Shown here: positions 39,079 to 48,819 of the stretch, in pieces
How the letters are laid out: every line of letters starts with the position of its first letter
How positions within the stretch are numbered: the first letter of the stretch is position 1
Source: a virus
DNA: 64,000 bases
Direction: 5' to 3' (one strand)
Virus record (IMG/VR): IMGVR_UViG_3300049811_000692
Location: 32,001 to 96,000 of that record
Position numbers and translations under genes: made by a program
Notes under the pieces: generated by a model
Told to the model about the DNA's origin: nothing
What the model saw: only the letters and a program-made list of their open reading frames with translations
Databases searched by the model: none

Positions 39079-40626
39079 ATGGGGATGTGGGCACCTGGGA
39101 AGGTCGGAATCAGTCACCCGGACAAGGGCGTGCTCGGGCTCTCCGGGACCCGCCTCCCCCCCGCCAACATCGAAGCCGAGCAGGCCCTCCTCGGCGCCCT
39201 CCTCTCCAACAACAAGGCGCGCGAACGCATCGGCGAACTCGCCCCGCATCACTTCGCCGACCCCGCCCACAGCGCCATCTTCGCGGCCATCATGCGGCGC
39301 CTCGACGCCGGCCAGATCGCGGACGCCGTCAGCGTCCGCAATGAGGTCGAGCATCACCCCGATCTCGCCGAAGCCGGCGGCGGCGCCTACCTCGCCCAGC
39401 TCCTCGCCGCCATGGTCGGCATCGTCAACGCCGGCGAGTACGCCCGACTCATCCGCGACGCCTGGGTGCGTCGCCAGATCATCGCGGTCGCGGAGGAGGC
39501 CGCCCGCGGCGCCTACTGGGAGGAGGGAGCAGATCAGGACGGGGGCGAGATCCTTCAGCGCGTGGTCGAGCAGGTCGAGGCGCTGCGCGAGCAGAGCGGC
39601 ACCGGCGTCCCGCTCCTCGATCCCGCGACCGCCATCAACGCCATGCTCGCCGAGGCCGAGCAGGCGCACCGCAACGGCGGCGTGCGCGGCATCCCCACCT
39701 GCTTCAAACCCGTCGATGAGCTGTTCATGGGCGCGGTCCCGGGCGGGCTCTACATCCTCGGCGCCAGGCCCGGCATGGGGAAGTCGGCCCTCGCCATGCA
39801 GATCGCGCTCCGACTGGCCGCGCGGCGCCAGAAGGCGATCGAGAAGGGCGCGGAGCCGCCGCCTGGGCGCGTGTTTTTCGCCTCGCTCGAGATGACAGCG
39901 GTGCAGCTCATGGAGCGCGCCATTTCCGTGGCCTCAGGCGTCTATGCGAACGACATCGGCCGCGGCCGCATCTACGACGACCCGGACAAGATGCGGCGGG
40001 TGATGGAGGCGCGGGACCGCATTGCCTCGCTCCCGGTGCTGATCGAGGACGCGGCCCAGGTCAGCATCGGCACGATCGAGCGCCGCGCCATCGAAGCCCG
40101 GCGCAAGCTCCAAGGCCTCGACCTCATCGTGGTCGATCACCTCCACATCGTCGATCGAGGCAAGACCTCCGGGAAGTTCGGCGACACCCAGGCCGTGGGC
40201 GAGATCAGCCGCGGGCTCAAGGCGATGGCGAAGCGCCTGAAGGTCCCTGTCCTGGCGCTGGCGCAGCTCAACCGCGGGGTCGAGACACGCGACGACAAGC
40301 GCCCCACGCTCGCCGACCTGCGCCAGTCGGGCGACATCGAGCAGGACGCCGATGGCGTACTCTTCCTCTACCGGCACGAGTACTACCTCGGGAACCAGCC
40401 GCCCGCGCCGGCGGGCAACGAGCGCCCCGAGAAGCACACGGAGCGGTGCTCCCAGTGGCTCGCCGAGAAGGATCTCTGGCGGGGCAAGGCCGAGGTCATC
40501 ATCGCGAAGAACCGCGGCGGCGAGAACAACGTCACCGCCATGCTCGGCTGGGACGCGCCTCGCACCCGCTTCACCGACCACATCGACGACGTCATCCACC
40601 CTGACAGATCAGAGGAGGCCTCCTGA
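39079..40626 (+). CDS. dnaB: replicative DNA helicase
   Basis: PANIEAEQALLGALL, Walker A GARPGMGKS, FASLEM, VVDHL, LAQLNR, DLRQSGDIEQDAD. Confidence 0.95.
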   Translation: MGMWAPGKVGISHPDKGVLGLSGTRLPPANIEAEQALLGALLSNNKARERIGELAPHHFADPAHSAIFAAIMRRLDAGQIADAVSVRNEVEHHPDLAEAGGGAYLAQLLAAMVGIVNAGEYARLIRDAWVRRQIIAVAEEAARGAYWEEGADQDGGEILQRVVEQVEALREQSGTGVPLLDPATAINAMLAEAEQAHRNGGVRGIPTCFKPVDELFMGAVPGGLYILGARPGMGKSALAMQIALRLAARRQKAIEKGAEPPPGRVFFASLEMTAVQLMERAISVASGVYANDIGRGRIYDDPDKMRRVMEARDRIASLPVLIEDAAQVSIGTIERRAIEARRKLQGLDLIVVDHLHIVDRGKTSGKFGDTQAVGEISRGLKAMAKRLKVPVLALAQLNRGVETRDDKRPTLADLRQSGDIEQDADGVLFLYRHEYYLGNQPPAPAGNERPEKHTERCSQWLAEKDLWRGKAEVIIAKNRGGENNVTAMLGWDAPRTRFTDHIDDVIHPDRSEEAS

Positions 40627-41675
40627 TGGCCCGCATTCGCTCCGTCCATCCCGGCCTCTTCACGGACGAGGCCTTCATGTGCCTCACCCCTTGGGCGCGC
40701 ATCCTCCTGGTCGGTCTGCTCACCGAGGCCGACGACAACGGCGTCTTCGCCTGGAAGCCCGTCACCCTGAAGGTCCGTCTGCTCCCCGCCGATCATGTGG
40801 ACGTGAACCCCCTGCTCGCCGAGCTTCAGCAGGCCGGATTCCTCCGCCAGTACGACGTGCGGGGCAGCCTCTACGGCGCCGTCCGCAACTTCTGCCGCTG
40901 GCAGCGCCCTGAGCGCCCGAACACCGTCCACCCGCTCCCGGACGCGATCGCCGAGTTTGTGGCGCTCGGGGCGCGCGGCCGCGGGCGGCGCAAGCAGGAG
41001 GCCCCGCCGCCGGCGGCGCCCGCCCCCGCGCAGGAGGCCTCACCGAGGCCGCGGCAGCGCGAGTACCCGTCGCTCGAGCTGCTCCAGGGCGGCCGCGCCC
41101 AGCCGCCAGAGCGGGAGGAGAGGCCCGCGGCCGCGCCGCCGCAGCGCCCGCGCGAGGCCTGGGAGGAGGGGCCGCCGGCCTGGCTGGAGGCCGCGACACC
41201 GCCCGCCGAGGAAGACCTGCGGGCTCCGGCCGCGCGCGGCAGCGGCCGCGGGGACTGGCCGACGGGCGAGCGCCAGGAGGATGGCTCGCTCCTCTGCGCG
41301 GACGGCAAGGTCAGGGCATCCCGCCAGCTCCTCGAGAAGCTGAGCGGGGGGCCGTTGAAGCCCTCCAAGGTGCGGGGCTGGGCGCACTGGATCGACCGCT
41401 CGATCAAGTACGGGGATTGGGGCTGCGGCGGCGTGGTCTGGGACGGCGCCTGCCGTGACATCCGGGCGATCCTGGGCTGGCCCGACGGCATGGCCGCCGA
41501 CTGGGGCCCGCTGGCGGAGTGGTGCCACGCCGGCCTGGATTTCCCGACGATCGAGCGCGTGTTGCGCGAGGGCGTGGCGTCCATGGGCGAGAAGCCCATC
41601 ACCTCGCTCGCCTTCTTCCAGGCGCCCATGGCGGTGCTGATGGAGCGCGCCGGCTACCGCCGGGCCAGCGCTTAG
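40626..41675 (+). CDS. phage replication initiator-like protein
   Basis: MARIRSVHP.LFTDE...L.TEADD.G...NF..WQRP N-terminal domain; coupled to dnaB. Confidence 0.75.
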   Translation: MARIRSVHPGLFTDEAFMCLTPWARILLVGLLTEADDNGVFAWKPVTLKVRLLPADHVDVNPLLAELQQAGFLRQYDVRGSLYGAVRNFCRWQRPERPNTVHPLPDAIAEFVALGARGRGRRKQEAPPPAAPAPAQEASPRPRQREYPSLELLQGGRAQPPEREERPAAAPPQRPREAWEEGPPAWLEAATPPAEEDLRAPAARGSGRGDWPTGERQEDGSLLCADGKVRASRQLLEKLSGGPLKPSKVRGWAHWIDRSIKYGDWGCGGVVWDGACRDIRAILGWPDGMAADWGPLAEWCHAGLDFPTIERVLREGVASMGEKPITSLAFFQAPMAVLMERAGYRRASA

Positions 41676-42121
41676 TCGGGGAGGAAGGCCCAGATCGGCT
41701 TCGCGCGGTAGGGCACGCCGAGCTCCTCGACCAGCCGGAAGAACTGCCCGCCGGTCGAGACGACTTCCACGCGGAAGCCGAGCGCGCGCAGCTTCGGGTG
41801 CATCTCCCGCTGCGCCTCGGATAGCCGGGTGGCTTTCTGCACCACCGTGTTGCCGAGACGGATCTCGGGCGCCTTCATCTCGATGAAGGTGACGCGCGCG
41901 CCCTGCTGCAGCAGGACGAGGTCGGGCATCCCGGCGCGTGCGCCTTCGGCCTTGAGGATTGCGCCGCTGATGCCGTCTCGCCGGCCGCCGTTCGGAATGG
42001 AGAACAGGATCGCGTCGGTGTCCGCGACGTTGCGGTCCCACCAGTCCACGATGGAGACCTGAAGGTCGCTTTCCTGGTGGCGGGGGCGCCCGCGGCGCGC
42101 CTGCCCGGCCAGCCCCCCCAT
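41672..42121 (-). CDS. VRR-NUC nuclease
   Basis: E.DLQ..IV, SIPNGG.R, G..AGMPDL...FIEMKA...Q. Confidence 0.85.
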   Translation of the reverse strand: MGGLAGQARRGRPRHQESDLQVSIVDWWDRNVADTDAILFSIPNGGRRDGISGAILKAEGARAGMPDLVLLQQGARVTFIEMKAPEIRLGNTVVQKATRLSEAQREMHPKLRALGFRVEVVSTGGQFFRLVEELGVPYRAKPIWAFLPD

Positions 42122-42160
42122 GAAAACGCCTCTTGTAGGCATCACAACTCCGTGTGGTAA

Positions 42161-42439
42161 TTAGGCCCGCCTCGAATCCCGAGACGCCGGCGCCTTGGCG
42201 CGGCTTCGCTGGACGAGGATGGTGATCTGAGCGTCCGGAAACAGGATGTTCTCGATGGCACGGAGGGTGGCGAACTGTGGACGCCAGGACGGCGAGGCGT
42301 CGGCCGCGCGCCGCTTTCCGCCGAAGCCGCGGAGGGTGTTCGGGTGCAGGCCCGTGCGTTCCGCCAGCGCCTTCTTCGAGAGCTTCTGCTTCTGGGCTTC
42401 GGCCTCGAGGAGCTCGATGAGAGATTCTAGGCAACTCAT
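42161..42439 (-). CDS. Cro-like HTH protein
   Basis: AAGGAGG SD; SKKALAERTGLHPNTLR; divergent from repressor. Confidence 0.75.
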   Translation of the reverse strand: MSCLESLIELLEAEAQKQKLSKKALAERTGLHPNTLRGFGGKRRAADASPSWRPQFATLRAIENILFPDAQITILVQRSRAKAPASRDSRRA

Positions 42440-42484
42440 ACCTCCTTGTGTCCGATCACACGGAGATGTGGAAGAGGGAAGAGA

Positions 42485-43246
42485 ATGACCGACGAGCAAC
42501 CCCGTATGCGTGCCGGGACGAGCGCACGCGAGCGGGCGGAGGCGGAGCGTCGGGCAGCGCAGAGACGCAAGGCGATCCAGAGGTTCATGGCCGAGCGAGA
42601 TCTGAAGCCGGCCGAGTGGGCGCGGAATGCGGGCCTGCCCAACGCGAACGCGATCTACAACCTGCGCACGGGCGCGAGCCGGTCGCTCTCGCAGGAGACG
42701 CTGGAGCGGCTGGCCAGGGCCGCCGGCGCGTCGGTGGCCGAGCTCATTGGCGAGGCTGCGGCCAGCGAGCGCATGGTGAACATGGTGTCGGTCGCGATCG
42801 ACGCCGAAAGCGGGGCGTGGCGGCGCAGCTACGAGGTGGGCGGGGCGAGGCGCCCGGCGCTGCCGGTGCCGCCCGGGATGCCGGTCGATGAGGCGGCGAT
42901 GGTGGCCGACAACCACGCCTCGACCTACTACCAGGCGGGGATGATCGTGGGCGTGCAGTCCTTCGGCACGCTCGGGCGTCGCGGCCTGATCCACGGCGAT
43001 CGGGTGCTGGTGCATCGCGTGCGGGAGCGGAAGCACGAGACGACCATCCGGCTGGTGGTGGAGGGCGGCTCGGCCAAGAACCGAAGCGGGGAGCTGCACT
43101 TCGCGAGCCGCGATCGCCGGTTCGGGGCCATCGTCCCTGTGCCGACCTGGCCCTACGATGGGTCGTGGTGGGAGACGGACGGCGATCGCTTTCAGATCCG
43201 CGGCCGCGTGGTGCTCGGCTACCTCCTCGACGACGACGGGGCCTGA
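42485..43246 (+). CDS. CI-like repressor (XRE HTH + S24-like C-terminal fold)
   Basis: WARNAGL...IYNL.TG.SRSLS.ETLERLA; ...IRGRVV end; divergent from Cro-like gene. Confidence 0.75.
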   Translation: MTDEQPRMRAGTSARERAEAERRAAQRRKAIQRFMAERDLKPAEWARNAGLPNANAIYNLRTGASRSLSQETLERLARAAGASVAELIGEAAASERMVNMVSVAIDAESGAWRRSYEVGGARRPALPVPPGMPVDEAAMVADNHASTYYQAGMIVGVQSFGTLGRRGLIHGDRVLVHRVRERKHETTIRLVVEGGSAKNRSGELHFASRDRRFGAIVPVPTWPYDGSWWETDGDRFQIRGRVVLGYLLDDDGA

Positions 43247-43250
43247 ACGC

Positions 43251-43290
43251 AAGAAACCCCCGATCTTCTCGATGAAGATCGGGGGTTTCT
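43251..43290. terminator. bidirectional terminator
   Basis: AGAAACCCCCGATCTTC/GAAGATCGGGGGTTTCT inverted repeat. Confidence 0.75.
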
Positions 43291-43614
43291 GCGTCCTGTA
43301 TCGTGGTCCAGGCCGTCCTGCTGCGGGGCCTCGCGGCGCCCAGTATGAGGTGGGCGCGCTAGGCCGGCGCGGCGGGTCGTGACGCCACCTCTGCCCCTGG
43401 ATCAGCCACGATCCGGGGTGGTCATTTGGCAGCAGAGGCTCAGGTGCGAGCTTGCGGGCAACACAGAGGTGCGTCGAAGTGGGTCTGCAAGCGCTGCGGT
43501 GCTTGCGCCTTGCCGCCTCACGAGGGCGGTTCGGCTCGCTTCCTGTCTCAACCCTCGGGATGAGGGGCAGTAGATACATAGGGGAGCGACAGCGAGGACT
43601 TCACTTGTCCTAAG

Positions 43615-43644
43615 TAATATAACAAAACGACCCGTCAGATGCAA
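43615..43644 (-). promoter_or_regulatory. strong sigma70-like promoter facing a gene-free region
   Basis: TTGCAT-N17-TATATT with TG extension. Confidence 0.65.
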
Positions 43645-43677
43645 GAAAAACCCGACGATTGCTCGTCGGGTTTCTTG
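43644..43677. terminator. terminator ending cassette array 2
   Basis: AAACCCGACGA/TCGTCGGGTTT stem with flanking A/T tracts. Confidence 0.75.
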
Positions 43678-44277
43678 TCAGGTCGTCGCCTCGGGCTCGT
43701 AGAGCCGGAGGAGGGGGTAAGGCTCCGCGTCACGGTCGAAGTTGATGAACCGGGCCGAGTGCCGGCGCGCGACCGAGAAGCAGGCCTCCAAGGCGCGCGG
43801 CGCAGGAGGTTCGATCTCGATCATGAGATCGTCTTCGTCCTCGGACGGGACGACTACCACCCACCCGTCGATGTGGCGATGGGTGCGGTGCGGGGGCAGC
43901 TTGGCGCCCTGCAGGAAGGCGCCGCTGCCCGCAAGGCGGTAGGCGGTCACCGCCGCCTCCTCCATCGCGGCCCACTCGTCGAGAAGCTGGGTGGTCTCGG
44001 GGTCGAGGTGGGCGGCGCAGAGGTCGAGAATGATCCTGGTCGGGTAGGGGTCCTCGATCGCCGCCTTCAGGCGTGCGATGAGGGCCTCGACCTCGAGCAG
44101 CAGTTCGTTCGACTGCTCGTCGGCGCTCTGGCGGTCGCGGGCCAGCTCGCCAGTCAAGGTCGTGATCGGCGTGCCGTCGGCGGCCCGGAGGACCGTGCAG
44201 GCGCTCTCCAGGAGGTTCTGGCGGTCCGCCTCGATGTAGGCGAGCGCGTCGTGCGCCGCCTCGATGAGATCGGGCAT
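43678..44277 (-). CDS. cassette gene, hypothetical
   Basis: Leader SD; LDL..AHL...FDRDA.P...L..Y motif. Confidence 0.75.
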   Translation of the reverse strand: MPDLIEAAHDALAYIEADRQNLLESACTVLRAADGTPITTLTGELARDRQSADEQSNELLLEVEALIARLKAAIEDPYPTRIILDLCAAHLDPETTQLLDEWAAMEEAAVTAYRLAGSGAFLQGAKLPPHRTHRHIDGWVVVVPSEDEDDLMIEIEPPAPRALEACFSVARRHSARFINFDRDAEPYPLLRLYEPEATT

Positions 44278-44370
44278 GGTGGTGTCCTACGGCCCCAGGC
44301 TGGGGGCCGCGACTGGCCGCCCCACAGCGGGGCGGCGGGGCCAGGACGCAACGGCGTCCTGGCAAGGTGG

Positions 44371-44805
44371 TCAGGTCTCGGCGTCCTCGTCCACCACGCG
44401 GCGCGGCAGCTTGATGTCGAGCCCGGTGGCCGTGGCCGCGAGGGCCAGGCCGGCGGCCCAGAGGGAAGGGCCGCCATCCGACGACACCTTGATGGCGTCG
44501 GGGGCGTGGTGGGCCGCGATGGCCAGGATCGCCGTCACCGCGGTGTCGTAGGGGTAGCCGCGGGTCTTGCAGAAGTTGAAGTACCCGTCCGCGTAGGCCC
44601 GGCCGATCGGCTCCTGCGTGAGCAGGAACGTCTCGCAGTCCTGCCCATCCACGCCGTTGAAGGCGATGGCGGAGGAGGAGTCGCCGCGCTCGAGGCGGAC
44701 GGCGCCGTGAGCCTCGGTCAGCGCCGCGGTCGCGTCGAGGCGGATGCGGCGCCACTCTTCGTTGGTGAACGGGCGCGTGATGCGCCAGTAGTGGGTGTGG
44801 CCCAT
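44371..44805 (-). CDS. cassette gene, hypothetical
   Basis: MGHTHYW...FNG...ETF...FNFCKTR..PYD..V...SSDG. Confidence 0.75.
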   Translation of the reverse strand: MGHTHYWRITRPFTNEEWRRIRLDATAALTEAHGAVRLERGDSSSAIAFNGVDGQDCETFLLTQEPIGRAYADGYFNFCKTRGYPYDTAVTAILAIAAHHAPDAIKVSSDGGPSLWAAGLALAATATGLDIKLPRRVVDEDAET

Positions 44806-44896
44806 GGGGCGTGGTCCTTCGCCCCGAACAGGGGGCGCGACTGGCCGCCCCACAGCGGGGCGGCGGGGCCAGGGCGCGCGAGGCGCCGCTGGCGGG

Positions 44897-45544
44897 TTAG
44901 AGGCGGGCGCAGCGATCGCCATCCTTGGTGAAGCGGTACTCGTTGATGGTGATCGCCTCGTCCACGTACTCGTCCGAGTTGCGGTATTCGTCCTCGGTGA
45001 GCACCTGCTTCAGCAGCCACACGGCGAGGTCGCGCAGGAGCCTGGTGATTGCCTCCTCGGCGCCTTCGGTCATGTCCTGGTGGGTCGGGCTGTCCCGCTC
45101 CACGTCGATGACCATGCAGTACTCGTGGTTGTAGGGCGGGCTGTAGCCGACCTTCGCGCGCAGCTGGTAGAAGTTGGCCTTCTGGACCTTCTGCAGCTCG
45201 TCGGCGATGCGGTGGAGCTCGTTGTCTATGGGGGCGTAGTCGCGGATCGCCTGGGTCGAGCCCTTGGCGTAGCGATAGGTGCCCTCGAAGCGGGCGCCCT
45301 GCCCCTGGCAGTAGAGGTGGGACCAGAAGACGCAGGGATTGCGGCGGGTGCCCCCGCCGTAGAGCCTGACCGGGTAGGTCGCGAGCTCGACGCCGAGGAT
45401 CTCGCAGATCTGCTCGAAGTCGGACGTCACGCTATCGAAGTCGTCGTCGGAGAACGCCTCGCGCCACCAGGCGCGGGCGCGTTCCTTCGCGTCGTCGTCG
45501 AGCTCCTCGAAGAGGTAGACCGCGACGACCATGGTTTCGGGCAT
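44897..45544 (-). CDS. cassette gene, conserved plasmid/phage protein
   Basis: VY.FEEL.D.AKERARAWWR...QGQGA.FEG...NEY.FT.DG. Confidence 0.75.
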   Translation of the reverse strand: MPETMVVAVYLFEELDDDAKERARAWWREAFSDDDFDSVTSDFEQICEILGVELATYPVRLYGGGTRRNPCVFWSHLYCQGQGARFEGTYRYAKGSTQAIRDYAPIDNELHRIADELQKVQKANFYQLRAKVGYSPPYNHEYCMVIDVERDSPTHQDMTEGAEEAITRLLRDLAVWLLKQVLTEDEYRNSDEYVDEAITINEYRFTKDGDRCARL

Positions 45545-45626
45545 GGTGGTGTCCTTCGCCCCGAACAGGGGGCGCGACTGGCCGCACCAGGGCGGTGCGG
45601 CGGGCCGCCCTACTGGGGCGGGGTCG

Positions 45627-45914
45627 TCAGATGATGCGCAGCGGCGGACGCCCAGCGCGGTAGCGCTGGATGATCCAGGCCGTGATGTAGGCCCAGGCGG
45701 CGAGGGTCGCGATCCAAAAGAGCGCGGTCTCGGCCACGTCGCTCCGGCCGATCAGCCACCAGGTCAGGGGCGGGCCGATCAGGTTCTCGGTCAGCCACCA
45801 GAAGGGGCTGAGGAAGGTGCCCGTGGCGGCCAGCGTCAGCACGCCGATGGCGGCGGCAAACAGGAAGGTCGGCACGGGGTAGAGGAAGACGGCGCAGAAG
45901 GCGCGGAACAGCAT
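45627..45914 (-). CDS. cassette gene, membrane protein
   Basis: Start MLFRAF after leader; hydrophobic. Confidence 0.65.
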   Translation of the reverse strand: MLFRAFCAVFLYPVPTFLFAAAIGVLTLAATGTFLSPFWWLTENLIGPPLTWWLIGRSDVAETALFWIATLAAWAYITAWIIQRYRAGRPPLRII

Positions 45915-46014
45915 CGGGGTGGTCCTTTCGGCCCATGCAGGGGCCGCGACTGGCCGCCCCAGGGCGGGGCGGCAAGAGCCGAGCTTACAGGCGCTCGGCG
46001 GGCCTTGATCCAGA

Positions 46015-46401
46015 TCAGGTGTGGATCGTCCACGCCCGCTCTTCGGGGTGGAGGATGATTCCTCCCGCGTAAAGGAGCTGGATGCCGGTGCTGCCTGCGG
46101 GCGCGGTGCTGATGCTCCAGTCGAGGTTCGGCGTCGTGTCATCGCCCCAGACCGGGGCAATGAGCAGGACCACCGGCCGCTCGCTGCGCGCCGCGTAGAG
46201 GGACGCGGTGTGGAGCACCTCGCCCATGCAGCGGTCGAGGGAGGCGCGGACGTTGTTGGTCCGCGCCCACTCCAGGAGGTCCCGGAGGTGGCCGGGGTTC
46301 CCGTAGCGGATCGTCAGGCCGTGCTTGCCCTGGGGCAGGTCGTCCTGGCGGGTGATCGGCCCGCGCAGAGGGGCCGTCGGGATGGTAAGGAGGTCGCCCA
46401 T
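46015..46401 (-). CDS. cassette gene, DUF4120-like
   Basis: GGIILH...WTIHT* C-terminus. Confidence 0.65.
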   Translation of the reverse strand: MGDLLTIPTAPLRGPITRQDDLPQGKHGLTIRYGNPGHLRDLLEWARTNNVRASLDRCMGEVLHTASLYAARSERPVVLLIAPVWGDDTTPNLDWSISTAPAGSTGIQLLYAGGIILHPEERAWTIHT

Positions 46402-46500
46402 GGTGGGGTGTCCTTCGGCCCCCAGTCAGGGGGGCCGCGACTGGCCGCCCCACAGCGGGGCGGCGGGGCCAGGGCGCGCGGGGCGCCGCTGGCGGGATGG

Positions 46501-46995
46501 TCACTCGGGGACCAGCAGACGGGCCGCGTCGATGGCGTCCTGGCTCTCATCCTCGAGGTTGCCGAGGTTGAGGTCCGGGCAGTCCAGCAGGCGCCGGAGC
46601 GCCTCCTGCAGCCTCTCGATGGTGTCGGCCGCGGTCTGAAGGTCGCGGGCGACGTTCTGGAGGCACTCGGTCTGCTCGGTGAGGGTGTAGGGCTCGAAGC
46701 AGGCCGGGCGGAGCCAGCGCCCTTCGTAGAGGCGCAGGTCGGCCCGCGCGGCCGGATCGGTGACGTCCTCGGGCCACACGATGGGCGGCTCGGCGTCGCC
46801 GGCGAAGCGCGTGTAGTGCGGGTCGTCCGCTTCCTGCTCGTCGTAGTAGCCGTCGGGCGGGGCGAGGGGGCGGCCTTCGCTGTCGAACTCGCCACCGTCG
46901 AGCGCGGCGCCGATGTCAAAGGTGTCGAGCCAGCGCCCGGTGTTCGAGGCGCCGAGCGCGGCCTCGCGCAGCCGCGCGGGGGTGATGTTCAGCAT
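46501..46995 (-). CDS. cassette gene, hypothetical
   Basis: Start MLNITP after leader. Confidence 0.7.
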   Translation of the reverse strand: MLNITPARLREAALGASNTGRWLDTFDIGAALDGGEFDSEGRPLAPPDGYYDEQEADDPHYTRFAGDAEPPIVWPEDVTDPAARADLRLYEGRWLRPACFEPYTLTEQTECLQNVARDLQTAADTIERLQEALRRLLDCPDLNLGNLEDESQDAIDAARLLVPE

Positions 46996-47090
46996 GGTGC
47001 TGTCCTTCGGCCCCAGGCAGGGGGCCGCGACTGGCCGCCCCACAGCGGGGCGGCGGGCCAAGGCGCGCGGGGCGCGCCTTGGGTGATGTG

Positions 47091-47792
47091 TCAGTCCTCG
47101 TCCTCAAGGAGGGCCTTCAGGTCGAACGGCCTGTCGTAGGCGATCGCGGCATGCGCCGGCACCGCGTACTCGTAGATCTTGAAGCGGTTCGTGCCGCCCG
47201 CCAGCGAGCCTTCGCCGGAGAAATTGCTCCCCTCGTCGTAGCAGACGATGTGGAAGGCGATGTCCGGGTAGGTCTCGCAGATCTTCTCGAAGATCGGCTC
47301 GGGCGGCGACCAGGCGGTGTCGAACCTGAACTCCAGATCGTGCTCGGTCTGCGAGACGACGTGGAACTGGTAAGCGTTCCACTTCGTCCCCCAGTTGGCG
47401 ACCGACCAGCCGTACCAGTTGTAGTGGCCGGTCTGGCGGTGGAGCTGGATCATCTTCTCGGCCGTGGGGATGGCGGTGGGATGATCCTTCTTCAGCCAGG
47501 CGAGCACGTCCTCGCGGGTCTTCAGGCCTTGGGTCTCGGCCCACGGGTAGGCCCGCGGGTCGCAGGGTTCCGACATGACGCCGCCGGCGGGCTCGCCGAG
47601 CGCCCAGAGGGCGTAGCTCTCGCTCGAGCCCGAGACGGTCTCGGCCATGCCGGGCGGCATGGGGATCAGCGTGTTGAAGTCGAAGATCCGGTCGCCGTTC
47701 TCGCGCGTGGTCGTGACCGCCGCGAGGAACGCGGCGATCCGTCCCTCCGCGGGGCAGTAGGCCCGGACGCGGTGGGTGACGTGGTTGGGCAT
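47091..47792 (-). CDS. cassette gene, DUF1281/YubB-like
   Basis: MPNHV, FDFN.LIPMP, WY.W...NWGTKWNA, FDTAWSPP. Confidence 0.8.
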   Translation of the reverse strand: MPNHVTHRVRAYCPAEGRIAAFLAAVTTTRENGDRIFDFNTLIPMPPGMAETVSGSSESYALWALGEPAGGVMSEPCDPRAYPWAETQGLKTREDVLAWLKKDHPTAIPTAEKMIQLHRQTGHYNWYGWSVANWGTKWNAYQFHVVSQTEHDLEFRFDTAWSPPEPIFEKICETYPDIAFHIVCYDEGSNFSGEGSLAGGTNRFKIYEYAVPAHAAIAYDRPFDLKALLEDED

Positions 47793-47883
47793 GGTGCTGT
47801 CCTTCGGCCCCAGGCAGGGGGCCTCAACTGGCCGCACCAGGTGGTGCGGCGGGCCGCCCCCTATGATGGAGGCGGTGGTCGCA

Positions 47884-48102
47884 TCATGCGACCTGTCGGT
47901 GGATGGCGTCCGACGCCTCGGCCGGGGTCGAGTACGAGCCGATCAGCTCGCTCTCGCTTCGGCCGGAGGCGAAGATGAGCTGCCGGGAGACCGTGTGCCG
48001 CCCGGAAGACGACGAGAGGACGTAGCTCCGGTGGACGACGGGGTCGTGGCGGTGAGGGGGAGGCGCGCCGCGGGAGGGGCGCCGACCGCGGTGGGTGGTC
48101 AC
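47884..48102 (-). CDS. cassette gene, small hypothetical
   Basis: GTG start after leader SD. Confidence 0.55.
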   Translation of the reverse strand: MTTHRGRRPSRGAPPPHRHDPVVHRSYVLSSSSGRHTVSRQLIFASGRSESELIGSYSTPAEASDAIHRQVA

Positions 48103-48193
48103 AGGTTGTGGTCCTTCGCCCCATGCAGGGGGCGCGACTGGCCGCCCCAGGGTGGGGCGGCGGGGCCAGGGCGCGCGAGGCGCCGCTGGCGGG

Positions 48194-48469
48194 TCACGAA
48201 GCCAGGCGCGCAAGCTCCTGGTCGAGGGCTTCGCGCGAGGTGGCGACGATCCGGAAGACCGCGCGCGATGAGCCGGTTGCGCAGCGCGTGGCCTGCCAGG
48301 CGTCGGGCCAGGTGTCGGGGTCGCAGAAGATCGGCGACGCCGGCCGGATGTTCCAAGGGCCCTCGAACGAAGTCGTGGCGCGGAGGCGGTCGGCGAACAC
48401 GCTGGCAGACACCTCGTGGATTGCGGGGCCTGGCTGGGTCGCCAGGAGGTGCATCGTGGTGTCGCTCAC
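48194..48469 (-). CDS. cassette gene, small hypothetical
   Basis: GTG start after leader SD. Confidence 0.6.
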   Translation of the reverse strand: MSDTTMHLLATQPGPAIHEVSASVFADRLRATTSFEGPWNIRPASPIFCDPDTWPDAWQATRCATGSSRAVFRIVATSREALDQELARLAS

Positions 48470-48561
48470 GGGGTTGTGGTCCTTCGCCCCATGCAGGGGG
48501 CGCGACTGGCCGCCCCAGGACAGGGCGGCGGGGCCAGGGCGCGCGAAGCGCCGCTGGCGAG

Positions 48562-48819
48562 TCATGCCTCGTTGAGATGGAAGGCGATTTGTGTCCCGTC
48601 GGCATCCCGATGGGAGATGTGAATCACGTCCCTCTCGACGCAGGTGAAGGCGACGCTTGGCCGCCCGGGGCCGAGGCCCAGGACAAGCGGCGTGGAGCCG
48701 ATCGGCACGGCCTCCCAGATGAAGGGAAGGCCGAGGGGGTCGCCGTGGGTCGGTGGCGCGCCGAGCAGCTCGGCGGCCGCGTCGATGAGCGACTTGCCCA
48801 GGACGAACGCGAGCGCCAT
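48562..48819 (-). CDS. small hypothetical, translationally coupled (no leader)
   Basis: TGATG overlap. Confidence 0.55.
   Translation of the reverse strand: MALAFVLGKSLIDAAAELLGAPPTHGDPLGLPFIWEAVPIGSTPLVLGLGPGRPSVAFTCVERDVIHISHRDADGTQIAFHLNEA

Noticed and set aside
43400-43445. tmRNA-like tag in the 43.3-43.6 kb region
   Set aside because: GCCAAATGAC resembles a resume context but gives no ANDN...AA* frame and no tRNA-like ends.
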